The translations under genes and the position numbers were made by a program. From Limisphaerales bacterium (GTDB lineage Bacteria; Patescibacteriota; Microgenomatia; UBA1400; PJMF01): a DNA stretch of 64,000 nucleotides. The stretch's first letter is position 1, and each line of letters starts with the position of its first letter. The notes below the pieces were generated by a model that saw only the letters and a list, made by a program, of their open reading frames with translations, was not told where the DNA came from and did no database searches. The DNA lies in the NCBI GenBank assembly GCA_044350895.1, contig JBILGT010000001.1:41874-105873 (forward strand), in the 5' to 3' direction. Below, in pieces: positions 17,655 through 26,433 of this stretch.

Positions 17655-18079
17655 TGTTTTATTTTAACCGTATTTTCCTGTTCGTATATATAAAATTGAT
17701 CTAACTTGAGAGATTCAGTCACCAGTTCTCCTTGTAACTTTGCAACCATTTCTTCAATATGACCAACTGCGCCACAGAAATAGGTGTAGTTCATATCACC
17801 AAGACCCATTATTGCAAATTTTTTGCCAGGGAAGGTGTCTGCGCCGATGTTTTTACTAAATGTTTCATAGTCTTCGTGTGGCATACCTTGCTGTCCACTG
17901 TAATCCCAACTTGGCGAAGCAAGAATTACAAGATCTGCATTTTTAATGTTGTCTGATTTGACGTCTCGAGCAAGCATGATTTCTGTGGAATGTCCACGTT
18001 GTTGTAGTTCTTCTGCCAAAGTATGAACGGCAGTGAAGGTGCTATTTGAATATGTCGCGTACGCGAGGAAGATGTTCAT
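17621..18079 (-). CDS. Short-chain flavodoxin
   Basis: MNIFLAYATYSNSTF...LVILASPSWDY...FAIMGLGD follows the flavodoxin pattern. Confidence 0.75.
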   Translation of the reverse strand: MNIFLAYATYSNSTFTAVHTLAEELQQRGHSTEIMLARDVKSDNIKNADLVILASPSWDYSGQQGMPHEDYETFSKNIGADTFPGKKFAIMGLGDMNYTYFCGAVGHIEEMVAKLQGELVTESLKLDQFYIYEQENTVKIKQWAAQLAKTLS

Positions 18080-18114
18080 AGTGATCCATTATACGCCAAA
18101 ATAAGATCAGTTGG

Positions 18115-18789
18115 CTAGTTTTGCTTCAGGTTCTTGATTGCCTCATGCAGATAGGCAGGAGAACCATGACCTGCCAACACGAGTGTGTCAGGCGGAAGCT
18201 TTTGCAGTTTGGCTAATGATGCATGGAGTTGCATGATGTCTGAGTAGCGAAAATCAGTGCGAGTCATTCCTTCTTTGAAAATAGTATCTCCCGTGAAGAG
18301 TACACGCTGGCCAGGATATGAGCCATCATTACCTGATATTTTTGCTGCAGGTGCATTGTAGAGACAGATACTGCCCGGTGTATGCCCAGGAGTTTCTATA
18401 ACAGTTAGTGAACACTCTCCAAAAGATATTTTTTCTTTTGAAAAAAGTTCAGTTTGTGGGACGGGAACAGGATCTACCGTGTGCCTCAGCCAGTGCTCTG
18501 CACTTTGGCGAGCATTCTCAATAAGTGATCGATCTGCAGGATGTAAGTACACTGGTACTTCAAAATTCATCATCAATTCAAGCAGCCCCAAACAATGATC
18601 AAAGTGCCCATGTGTTAACACAATCCCCTCAAGATTGAGTTGTAACTCAAGTAAATGTTCGCTTATCATGTCGCCACTATCTGCTGGGTCGATGACAAGT
18701 GCTCTACGAGTTTTAGTACACCAGACGATATAGCAGTTGGTCTGTAACTCGCCAAGATTTAGAACTGTGTAGTCAATCAATGCGTGCAT
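18115..18789 (-). CDS. MBL-fold metallo-hydrolase (glyoxalase II-like)
   Basis: LTHGHFDHCLG (HxHxDH), TPGHTPG, AGHG. Confidence 0.75.
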   Translation of the reverse strand: MHALIDYTVLNLGELQTNCYIVWCTKTRRALVIDPADSGDMISEHLLELQLNLEGIVLTHGHFDHCLGLLELMMNFEVPVYLHPADRSLIENARQSAEHWLRHTVDPVPVPQTELFSKEKISFGECSLTVIETPGHTPGSICLYNAPAAKISGNDGSYPGQRVLFTGDTIFKEGMTRTDFRYSDIMQLHASLAKLQKLPPDTLVLAGHGSPAYLHEAIKNLKQN

Positions 18790-18792
18790 ACT

Positions 18793-19539
18793 TTACAAGA
18801 GTGAGACTATAAATTGAGTTAGTGAAAGGTAGACACTCACCACAACATCAATAATTGGTGTAATCAAGAAAGAAACAGGTGATCGTCCACCACTGAGCGG
18901 TAGAATTAAAGCAATTAAAATAAAGGTCCCATATCGAGACATCATACTTTCATACTCATAGGCCATTCTTCGTGGCAGAAGAGCAACGAGGATTTTCCCT
19001 CCGTCCAGCGGGTGAACGGGGACAAGATTGAAAATGGCGAGCATACAGTTGTAGAAAATACCAAAGCTCAAAATTACTTGCGCCCATTCCATTGGTATAT
19101 GGAGAAAAACAGTCAAAACTGGTATCACAATGGCCAGCAAAAGTGCGAGCAGCAGATTGGAAACAGGACCAGCAAGCGCAATCAGTGCTGCTTCTTTAAC
19201 AGGATCTTTCAGATTGTGCGGGTCAAACATAACTGGTTTGCCCCAGCCAAATCCAGCAAAAAAGAGTAGTGCGGTGCCAAGCAGATCTAGATGCGCGAGT
19301 GGATTGAGGGTTACACGGCCTTGATATCGAGGTGTCGGATCACCAAGATGATCTGCTGCCCAGGCATGAGCAAACTCATGAACAGTAATGGCAACCACAA
19401 GTATAAGTGCTACGATCACAAAGAGAACTGGCTGTGCAAAAAGTAAACTAATCAAACCCATTACTTCATTATACCAAAGAAACCTCAGTAGACCAGTTGC
19501 GCCCCTTTGCTTGGGATTCTTGTCATGATATAATCCCAA
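18793..19539 (-). CDS. Site-2 protease family (M50) membrane metalloprotease
   Basis: HEFAHAW (HExxH) and NLVPVHPLDGGKIL (LDG motif). The start is probably the internal MGLISLL at 19461, given the divergent rpmB promoter. Confidence 0.8.
   Translation of the reverse strand: MGLYHDKNPKQRGATGLLRFLWYNEVMGLISLLFAQPVLFVIVALILVVAITVHEFAHAWAADHLGDPTPRYQGRVTLNPLAHLDLLGTALLFFAGFGWGKPVMFDPHNLKDPVKEAALIALAGPVSNLLLALLLAIVIPVLTVFLHIPMEWAQVILSFGIFYNCMLAIFNLVPVHPLDGGKILVALLPRRMAYEYESMMSRYGTFILIALILPLSGGRSPVSFLITPIIDVVVSVYLSLTQFIVSLL
19507..19534 (+). promoter_or_regulatory. Candidate extended -10 promoter (TGATATAAT) with a weak -35 (TTGCTT) for rpmB; near-leaderless transcript
   Basis: TGnTATAAT at 19526-19534, only 9 nt upstream of the rpmB ATG at 19544. 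A TTGCTT hexamer lies 16 bp upstream. Confidence 0.3.
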
Positions 19540-19543
19540 AGTT

Positions 19544-19759
19544 ATGTCAAGTTACGCTTTTAAATATTCATCCAAAGCCAGCACCGGAAACAAAGTTTCT
19601 CACGCTAAAAATCGTAGTAAACGCGCTTTTCGCTATAATCTTCATACAGTCACTGTTGTGATTGATGGAGCAAAGCAACGCATGAAAGTACCAGCACGTG
19701 TACTCAAAATGCTCAAGAAAAGTGGAGTCACTACTCACTTCAAAAAAACTGCTGCTTAA
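19544..19759 (+). CDS. rpmB: 50S ribosomal protein L28
   Basis: GNKVSHAKNRSKRAFRYNLH...RMKVPARVLK matches L28 (GNNRSHAxNxTKRRFxPNL). Confidence 0.75.
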   Translation: MSSYAFKYSSKASTGNKVSHAKNRSKRAFRYNLHTVTVVIDGAKQRMKVPARVLKMLKKSGVTTHFKKTAA

Positions 19760-20721
19760 TTTTCCAGAGAATTTTTGATTTCGTTCCAAGAAGCTGGCGT
19801 TTTTCCTTCTATTTGTGCTTGTGTAATAACAAGCTGATTATTTTCCACTTCTGTTTGCAAGATTTTCATTCTTTTTTCACCTTTTGTAGTGGGAACTAAT
19901 GTCCACAAACCAGGCCATGGCTGAAAAGCGTAGGTGGCGTGGTGAATCAACTGAGCAAGTGAACCATGCTGCTGTAGAGCTGCGGCGAGGACAGTCGAAA
20001 GAGCTGGTTTGTCATTATTTTTCGCAATATAAGTGTCTGTGCTTTGTGCGAGTTTGAGAACTTCCCAAGGTATAAAACTATCTTCCTTTTTGAATCTTCC
20101 TGCAATTGGGGTGGGAGAGTGTTCTGGTTGGGGTGTTGCCACCCTATGTTCAGCAAAATCTACTAAGATTGTGGGCAGCTGTGTTGAAACAAGTGAAAAA
20201 GCATGGTTGTAGTACTCAGTTTGTGTCCAGTTTTCTTCAGTCACAAACGGAAGCTGGGCAATGATGTCACCTTGATCAAGTTTTTCTGTAACGGTAATAA
20301 CACTGACAGCGGTCTCACGTTCACCGTAGAGAAGACAAAATTGACCAGGCGAGCTTCCACGCCAGCGAGGAAGCAGTGACGGGTGAATGTTGACGGGTTT
20401 GATATTTGGCCATTCCAGAAGCCAGTTCGGCACCATGTAGCCAAAATCAACGACAAGTAAAAAATCTGGTTTCTCGATTTTTTGCAGTTCAGCTTGCATC
20501 AAATCGTCAATTTTTTGTGAAATCAAAACACTGGGAATATTATTTTTCTGGGCAAAAGTATGAAGCGGGTTTGGTGTGACAATCTGTTCACGACCTATTG
20601 GTTTGGGTATTGGTGTGAGAACGCCCGTAATAACACACTCTGAACTCTCAAAAAGTGATTGTGCACACATGCGAGTGTGGTGTGTTGAGCCTGCAATAAC
20701 AACTGAAAAAGGTTTCGGCAT
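19756..20721 (-). CDS. fmt: Methionyl-tRNA formyltransferase
   Basis: VNIHPSLLPRWRGSSPGQ (SLLP motif). Directly downstream of def. Confidence 0.85.
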   Translation of the reverse strand: MPKPFSVVIAGSTHHTRMCAQSLFESSECVITGVLTPIPKPIGREQIVTPNPLHTFAQKNNIPSVLISQKIDDLMQAELQKIEKPDFLLVVDFGYMVPNWLLEWPNIKPVNIHPSLLPRWRGSSPGQFCLLYGERETAVSVITVTEKLDQGDIIAQLPFVTEENWTQTEYYNHAFSLVSTQLPTILVDFAEHRVATPQPEHSPTPIAGRFKKEDSFIPWEVLKLAQSTDTYIAKNNDKPALSTVLAAALQQHGSLAQLIHHATYAFQPWPGLWTLVPTTKGEKRMKILQTEVENNQLVITQAQIEGKTPASWNEIKNSLEN

Positions 20722-20724
20722 AGT

Positions 20725-21285
20725 TTAGACAAACTGTAACAGTGATTTATCAATTTCTTCCATTTTTTTTCGATCAGGATTTTCTTTGAAAATCGGTAAG
20801 TCAAGCTCAAGAGAGTAGTCAGTAAATAAAACTCCTTCTAAGTGATCAAACTCATGTTGGACTACGCGAGCCGCAAAGTCTTCAAAGTCATCTTGTTCCG
20901 TCACAAATTTGTCGCCCTTAATAACCTGATACTCAAGCGTTAACCATTCCCATCGGGGAACAGGCCCATAAATACCAGGAATTGAAAGACAACCTTCAAG
21001 ATAAGGGTCTTTTTCATCTGGACCAAAGGTTTTTTCTTTACTGTGTTCCACGATGACTGGGTTGATGAAAGAACGCAAATCACGATTGTGTTCGTCAAGA
21101 TTGATAGTGAAAATTCGTTTTGATCTGTCTACTTGTGGTGCAGCAAGCCCAACACCTTTAGGTTTGGTTGTTTCGACCAGTGTCTGCTCTAGATCACCGA
21201 TGAAATCAATCAATTTCTTATCGAGCGTTGTGACAGCTGTAGCAACTTGTCGTAATGTGTCGTGAGGGATGGTAATTATTTTCAT
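20725..21285 (-). CDS. def: Peptide deformylase
   Basis: GVGLAAPQV, EGCLSIPG and QHEFDHLEG, the three PDF motifs. Confidence 0.9.
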   Translation of the reverse strand: MKIITIPHDTLRQVATAVTTLDKKLIDFIGDLEQTLVETTKPKGVGLAAPQVDRSKRIFTINLDEHNRDLRSFINPVIVEHSKEKTFGPDEKDPYLEGCLSIPGIYGPVPRWEWLTLEYQVIKGDKFVTEQDDFEDFAARVVQHEFDHLEGVLFTDYSLELDLPIFKENPDRKKMEEIDKSLLQFV

Positions 21286-23423
21286 TTTTTTTGTGCTGAC
21301 AGTGAGGCTAATTTATCCTGTGCCAACTTATTGTTTGGATTAATATTTTGCAGCATATAGGTCAGCTGTGTAATTGCGTCCTGAGTTTTGCCTTGTTTTT
21401 CATATTCTTGTGCCAGTTGCCACCGTGCACTTTCATAATTTGGTTTGAGTGCAATTGTTTCTTGGAGACGTTGCACTCCTTCAGATGGATTATTCATCCA
21501 GAATTCGATAAGCCCCAGATTATACAGCAACTTTGCATCAGTAGGCGCAAGTGTGAGGGCTTGCTGTAGAATACTTTTGGCTTCAGGAAGTAGCCTCGAG
21601 TCTATCTGGGCGAGGTTAATTAGAATCCGGGCTCTTGTTTTATAAAAGTTAATTTGTCTTGGGTTGAGATTGAGAACGACATCACTTGCCTCAAGTGCAC
21701 GGCGGGTTAATTCTGCAGCCTGTGTAGCTTGGCCAGCATTTGCAAAATGCATTGCATAGACTGCATATTGATCGGCCAATGTATCATAAAATATTGCTTC
21801 TTCAGGGCTTTTGCTTATAGCAACGGAAAGTTCTTCGAGACCTAACTCTAATTCTCCCTGTTCAAGCAGTGCTCTACCTCGAGTATATGACATATCCGCT
21901 GTCCAGTATGTATAGGTTCTGTATATTCCAAACAAACTTACTAAACTGATAACAACAATCGTCATATGTTGCCAACTTGCTAACTGATGGGGGGCTGAAG
22001 TTGCAGGAAGTAGTGGCGCTTCAAAAATTTCTGAAAGAGCGAAATACAAGAACATGATAATCGCAACCATAACTGTTGAAAAACCAAAAAAGTTGGAGAT
22101 GCTGAGCGCAATAACACCCGCAATTAAACTACTGTAAAAAAGTGCCCGCTGGTGTTTATCAAGTTCAATTGCGCGCTTAATTCGTCTGCCCGTGAAGCCA
22201 AGAAATGTTGCCAAAAGAAGACAGTATGAACCAAGCCCAAATATTCCTGTTGTAGCCAAAAAATTCAAAAATTCATTGTGGGCTTTGTTGTAGAGAAAAT
22301 CCCACTCTGACACCAGGTTATGTTCCTGAGGTCGGTCCTGATAGTAACTATAGCCAAATGTTTCAACACCAGATCCCAAATACGGATAGCGTTTCCAAAC
22401 TTGAAAAGCACCTTCCCAAACAATCTTACGAATATCTCCTGAGTCGGTTCCTCCAATATCAAGGCGATTAACTGGGGCAGAAACGGGGACAGCAACTGGT
22501 TGGGTTTCTGCAGATCTCCGTTGTAAAACACTGCCAATAGATGGCGTAAATGGTGTCTCAAAAAGCAGTCCAATACTCAGAAATACTGCTGCAAAAGTCC
22601 AGGCCACCCAGGAACGACTGTAGCTCTTGAGTGACTTGAAGTTATCCTTTCTCCAAGATATATAGAGAAAAAGTAGTCCAAAGACCAAAAGTCCAACTCC
22701 AAGACCTAAAATTCCAGACCGAGAGCGAGTAAAGATGAGCGCCATGAACAGTAACGAAGTAGATATAATTCCCAGCCACTTTGAGCTTTTTTTGCTAGCA
22801 GCATACGAAAGGAAGAAGCCAAGCGGAATCAGAGCTATGAGGTAGGCTGCAAGCCAGTTAGGTTGACCAAAGGTGGCAAATACACGGTTTTTTACATCTT
22901 GAATCCAGCAACTTGTATCAAATGACTGACCTTGTGTTGCCAATAAACAGCTGGTGGAATGACCAAAGTGCTCAAGTATTGCATACAAACTTACAATAGT
23001 TGCTGATCCAAACAATGTCAGGAAAAAGCCTTTTAGCTGCTTGAGTTCTATATTGCTGACAAATGCATAGTAGAGTGCCACGTAACTAAATGTTGAAAGT
23101 AATCCACCATGGAACCGAGTGTAGTAACCAAGGAGAGAAGTATATGGGTGTATCGAAAAAAGTGTCGAAAGTAGTTGAGATAAAACAAATAAGAGGATTG
23201 GGATATCAAGTTTTGTAGGTCTAAAAATGAAACTTTTATGTGTGACCATTCTAACAGCCCATAAAGAAACGATTATAATCGTCAAAAAGTAGGTTAAGAT
23301 CATTTTGTTGAACTCAAACAACTCTTCAGTATTGAGAGTAAAAAAGAGTGGGACCGTTAAAACTAGGATGTTGAAGAACCCAGTAATGGCTAGCTGAAGA
23401 TAGTCAGTTTTGTGGCTCTGCAT
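21282..23423 (-). CDS. Polytopic membrane protein with an O-antigen ligase/polymerase-like domain and C-terminal TPR repeats
   Basis: Around 10-12 predicted TM helices in the N-terminal two-thirds. C-terminal TPR-like repeats (AIFYDTLADQYAVYAM..., LYNLGLIEFWMNN...). Confidence 0.5.
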   Translation of the reverse strand: MQSHKTDYLQLAITGFFNILVLTVPLFFTLNTEELFEFNKMILTYFLTIIIVSLWAVRMVTHKSFIFRPTKLDIPILLFVLSQLLSTLFSIHPYTSLLGYYTRFHGGLLSTFSYVALYYAFVSNIELKQLKGFFLTLFGSATIVSLYAILEHFGHSTSCLLATQGQSFDTSCWIQDVKNRVFATFGQPNWLAAYLIALIPLGFFLSYAASKKSSKWLGIISTSLLFMALIFTRSRSGILGLGVGLLVFGLLFLYISWRKDNFKSLKSYSRSWVAWTFAAVFLSIGLLFETPFTPSIGSVLQRRSAETQPVAVPVSAPVNRLDIGGTDSGDIRKIVWEGAFQVWKRYPYLGSGVETFGYSYYQDRPQEHNLVSEWDFLYNKAHNEFLNFLATTGIFGLGSYCLLLATFLGFTGRRIKRAIELDKHQRALFYSSLIAGVIALSISNFFGFSTVMVAIIMFLYFALSEIFEAPLLPATSAPHQLASWQHMTIVVISLVSLFGIYRTYTYWTADMSYTRGRALLEQGELELGLEELSVAISKSPEEAIFYDTLADQYAVYAMHFANAGQATQAAELTRRALEASDVVLNLNPRQINFYKTRARILINLAQIDSRLLPEAKSILQQALTLAPTDAKLLYNLGLIEFWMNNPSEGVQRLQETIALKPNYESARWQLAQEYEKQGKTQDAITQLTYMLQNINPNNKLAQDKLASLSAQKK

Positions 23424-23507
23424 TGTTTGGGTTTTTTATGTATTCACAGCGATTAACTGCATTTGTTATAGTTCTATTGTTGCGTAATTTATTGTACACT
23501 TACACTT

Positions 23508-24161
23508 ATGGATAATGTCACTGCCCATTCTACTACAAATCCTAGTTCTGCAAATGCTGCATCTTACGTAGATGCCTATGTCCCGCCAACTGCTCAAGAT
23601 CCTGCAAATCCCGTCACTATTACGTCACCAGTTTCAACTGCGCCTATGACACCACAAACACCAACCCCAGATACAGTCCCGGCTGCTGCAGCTTCTACTA
23701 CACCTCCAGCAAAAACAGGTGCACAGTCCGAGGAATTGGAAGATCAAAATATTTTTTATATGTTGGGAGTCCTTGATGGTACCCCCGAACAACGCGAATC
23801 ATTTCTTGACGAGTTACAACAAGTTATCTGGGAAGATTTTCTTGAGTATGACGTTAAGCTCTTAATCACCAAAGAAGAGCAAGGCCAACTTGACACCATT
23901 TTGTCTAGTAATCCTGGCAATGAACTAGAGAAGCAAGAAAAAATTGTTGTGTTTTTGGAGAAATTAATTCCTGATCTCGAAGAGATTATGCTTGAAAAAG
24001 CTTTAGAGCTCAAAGAAGAGATGATTCGTGAGCGAGTCAAAGGAATGAAAGAGTACTACAAAGAAAAACCTGAGTCTCTGGCCCAGATCACCAAAGCTGA
24101 AGAAATGATGAATGTTGGCAAATGGTATACAGCTGCTACACTACTCAATAGTATCCGCTAA
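23508..24161 (+). CDS. Hypothetical protein (Pro/Thr-rich N-terminus, acidic helical C-terminus)
   Basis: 217-aa ORF upstream of mreB. Confidence 0.4.
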   Translation: MDNVTAHSTTNPSSANAASYVDAYVPPTAQDPANPVTITSPVSTAPMTPQTPTPDTVPAAAASTTPPAKTGAQSEELEDQNIFYMLGVLDGTPEQRESFLDELQQVIWEDFLEYDVKLLITKEEQGQLDTILSSNPGNELEKQEKIVVFLEKLIPDLEEIMLEKALELKEEMIRERVKGMKEYYKEKPESLAQITKAEEMMNVGKWYTAATLLNSIR

Positions 24162-24182
24162 GTATTCTGATAAATTGTCATA

Positions 24183-25181
24183 ATGATTCCTGTAAAAAGA
24201 AATAATGCATCGCTTTATTTTGATGTTGGCTCGACGATGGCGCGAGTCATACAAGGTAGTGATGTTTTGTATTGTGAGCCAAGCTGTATTGCTGTCCACA
24301 CCAAAAGTGAACAAGTAGTGGCAGTGGGTGTGAAGGCATACCAGCTGCTGGGCAAAACAACCGAACAAGTTGAACTCATCTTTCCTATTCAATATGGTGT
24401 CGTGGCTAATAGATTTGCCTTCGAACAACTTCTCCAAGCAATTTTAAAAAGTGTCCAACCACACTCTGATTTGTGGAGCTTAATACTCGGTTTACACGGA
24501 GGATATGCGGCATTAAGCACGATATCACCCTCAGAAACGGCAGTACTGCGGCGCAGCTTGAAAGCAGTCGGGTTGGGGCGTGTACAACCTATTAATCAAA
24601 TGGTGGCAGCCGCACTCCACCTTAAATTGCGTGATAGAGTAGGCCAAAGTTACTGCCTCATTGATATTGGTGGCCAGGTCAGTGAAGTGGCAATTGTAAC
24701 TGGAGGAGAAGTAGTAGCAAGCACTCGTCTTAAATGGGGTGGCGTGCAGTGTACTGAGCGCATTCAAGAAGCCATTATGGAAAAACATGAGTGCGCAGTG
24801 AGTTGGCACACCGCAGAAGTGGTGAAGCGCCAGCTGGGTATTGTCAGTGATGATGATTCTTTCACCAAACATAAAGTTTCCATCCGAGGAAAACATCTGT
24901 TATCACAGCTGGGTCAAACTGTTGTGGTGTCCAACCAAGATATTGCTCCAGTGTGTACAGAATTTGCCTATGAACTTTTTAAAGCCATTCAACAGTTATT
25001 TACGCAGGCACCCACAGAAGTAGTGACAAGTTGTCTCGAACAGGGAATTTTCCTAATTGGTGGCGGTTCTTTATTGAAAGGGTTGCCAGAGTTTTTACAA
25101 AAAAATTTACATACTGAAGTCAATGTGAGTCAGGAGCCAGAACTCGTGGTGTCGAGAGGTCTGACTGAAATGGATATATAA
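24183..25181 (+). CDS. mreB: Rod shape-determining actin-like protein MreB (divergent)
   Basis: EPSCIAVH, LIDIGGQVSEVAIVTGGEVV and LIGGGSLLKGL align with MreB motifs. The phosphate-1 loop is DVGSTMA instead of DLGTANT. Confidence 0.7.
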   Translation: MIPVKRNNASLYFDVGSTMARVIQGSDVLYCEPSCIAVHTKSEQVVAVGVKAYQLLGKTTEQVELIFPIQYGVVANRFAFEQLLQAILKSVQPHSDLWSLILGLHGGYAALSTISPSETAVLRRSLKAVGLGRVQPINQMVAAALHLKLRDRVGQSYCLIDIGGQVSEVAIVTGGEVVASTRLKWGGVQCTERIQEAIMEKHECAVSWHTAEVVKRQLGIVSDDDSFTKHKVSIRGKHLLSQLGQTVVVSNQDIAPVCTEFAYELFKAIQQLFTQAPTEVVTSCLEQGIFLIGGGSLLKGLPEFLQKNLHTEVNVSQEPELVVSRGLTEMDI

Positions 25182-25184
25182 CCT

Positions 25185-25970
25185 ATGCAGTTTTTGGGAA
25201 TGCACAAGTTTCATGATCTGGTGAAACAGACTTTAATGTATGCTGTTGTATTTCTGATGATAGTTTTGATCGAGCGTGTGGGTTGGGCAGGTACGTTTCG
25301 CGGTGGCGCCTTGCGCTTGTTTCAACCGTTTGAACTGTTTGGTATGAATGTGCTATATAACCTTGAATTTCCGGTGCGATGGATTGAAGGAAATCGAGTC
25401 AAAGCTGAAGAAGTTCGCACGCTCAAACGTTCATATGCTGAAGCACTTGCAAAACTGAGTGAGTTGGAAACTGTGAAGCGAGAGAATGAAACATTGCGTG
25501 CACTGATTGAAAAAGAGGGAAGCCGAGTTGAAAAAAAACTTCTTGCCGCTCCAATTATTTCATATTCTCTCACGGCAATTGCCAAGGGATCCGATGCGGG
25601 AGTGACTGAAGGTGCACTCGTTTATGTGGGTGATACGTTGGTGGGACGGGTCACACAAGTATCTCAAAGTCAGTCCTTGGTGACATTATTTTCTCATCCT
25701 GAATCTGCGCAGATTCTGGTGCAAACTGAATCTGGAGTGCAGGGGTTGCTTGTGGGAACTGGAAAACAACTTGACGTGACACAGTTACCAACGCAATCCA
25801 CTATTAGTGTGGGTGAGCGTATCACCACTGTCGGCCAACCAGGCATACCGCCAGGACAATTAGTGGGAGTAGTAGCAGCGGTTTCGCAAGGACAAACTGC
25901 CCCGATGCAAACTGCAATTGTCGATGAATTGACTTCATTTTATACGGCGTCATTAGTAGAAATAAAGTAA
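25185..25970 (+). CDS. mreC: Rod shape-determining protein MreC
   Basis: N-terminal TM. VGRVTQVSQSQSLVTLFSHPESAQILVQTESGVQGLLVG matches the MreC beta-domain consensus. Confidence 0.7.
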   Translation: MQFLGMHKFHDLVKQTLMYAVVFLMIVLIERVGWAGTFRGGALRLFQPFELFGMNVLYNLEFPVRWIEGNRVKAEEVRTLKRSYAEALAKLSELETVKRENETLRALIEKEGSRVEKKLLAAPIISYSLTAIAKGSDAGVTEGALVYVGDTLVGRVTQVSQSQSLVTLFSHPESAQILVQTESGVQGLLVGTGKQLDVTQLPTQSTISVGERITTVGQPGIPPGQLVGVVAAVSQGQTAPMQTAIVDELTSFYTASLVEIK

Positions 25971-25974
25971 CCAT

Positions 25975-26433
25975 ATGTTGTATTCAGTCCTGAGCACACT
26001 TTTCAAACTGCTACTTGTGGCTGTGGTTCTTGCGATTGAAGTGAGTGTTGCTTTGCCAGTAGTTTCACTTGCAATGCTGTTTCTATTTCTTCGTGATATG
26101 AATCGAGTGGGGCAGATCAGCATGTTAGTGGGAACAGCACTACTGGCAAGTAGTTTTACTGGGCAATCATGGAGTCTTGTATTTGCAATCCTTTCAGTCT
26201 GTTGGCTAGGTGTAGAAGTGGTGCGTGGAGAAGCCGCCAAGGTTCGTAATCGCATTTTGCTGATGAGTTTTGCTGCCACGCTCAGTATTAGTAGTTTTGC
26301 GAATATGCATATTTCACTCAGAACAGTACTGTATACACTGCTATTTGGTGTCATAGCAGTTGTGTGTACACGTACTTTTGCTCACCAGCGGAGTAGATAT
26401 CGGCTGATTGAATGGATTTCGCCAGGAATGTAA
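25975..26433 (+). CDS. mreD: MreD-like small polytopic membrane protein
   Basis: 152 aa with 4-5 TM helices, positioned between mreC and mrdA. Confidence 0.45.
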   Translation: MLYSVLSTLFKLLLVAVVLAIEVSVALPVVSLAMLFLFLRDMNRVGQISMLVGTALLASSFTGQSWSLVFAILSVCWLGVEVVRGEAAKVRNRILLMSFAATLSISSFANMHISLRTVLYTLLFGVIAVVCTRTFAHQRSRYRLIEWISPGM

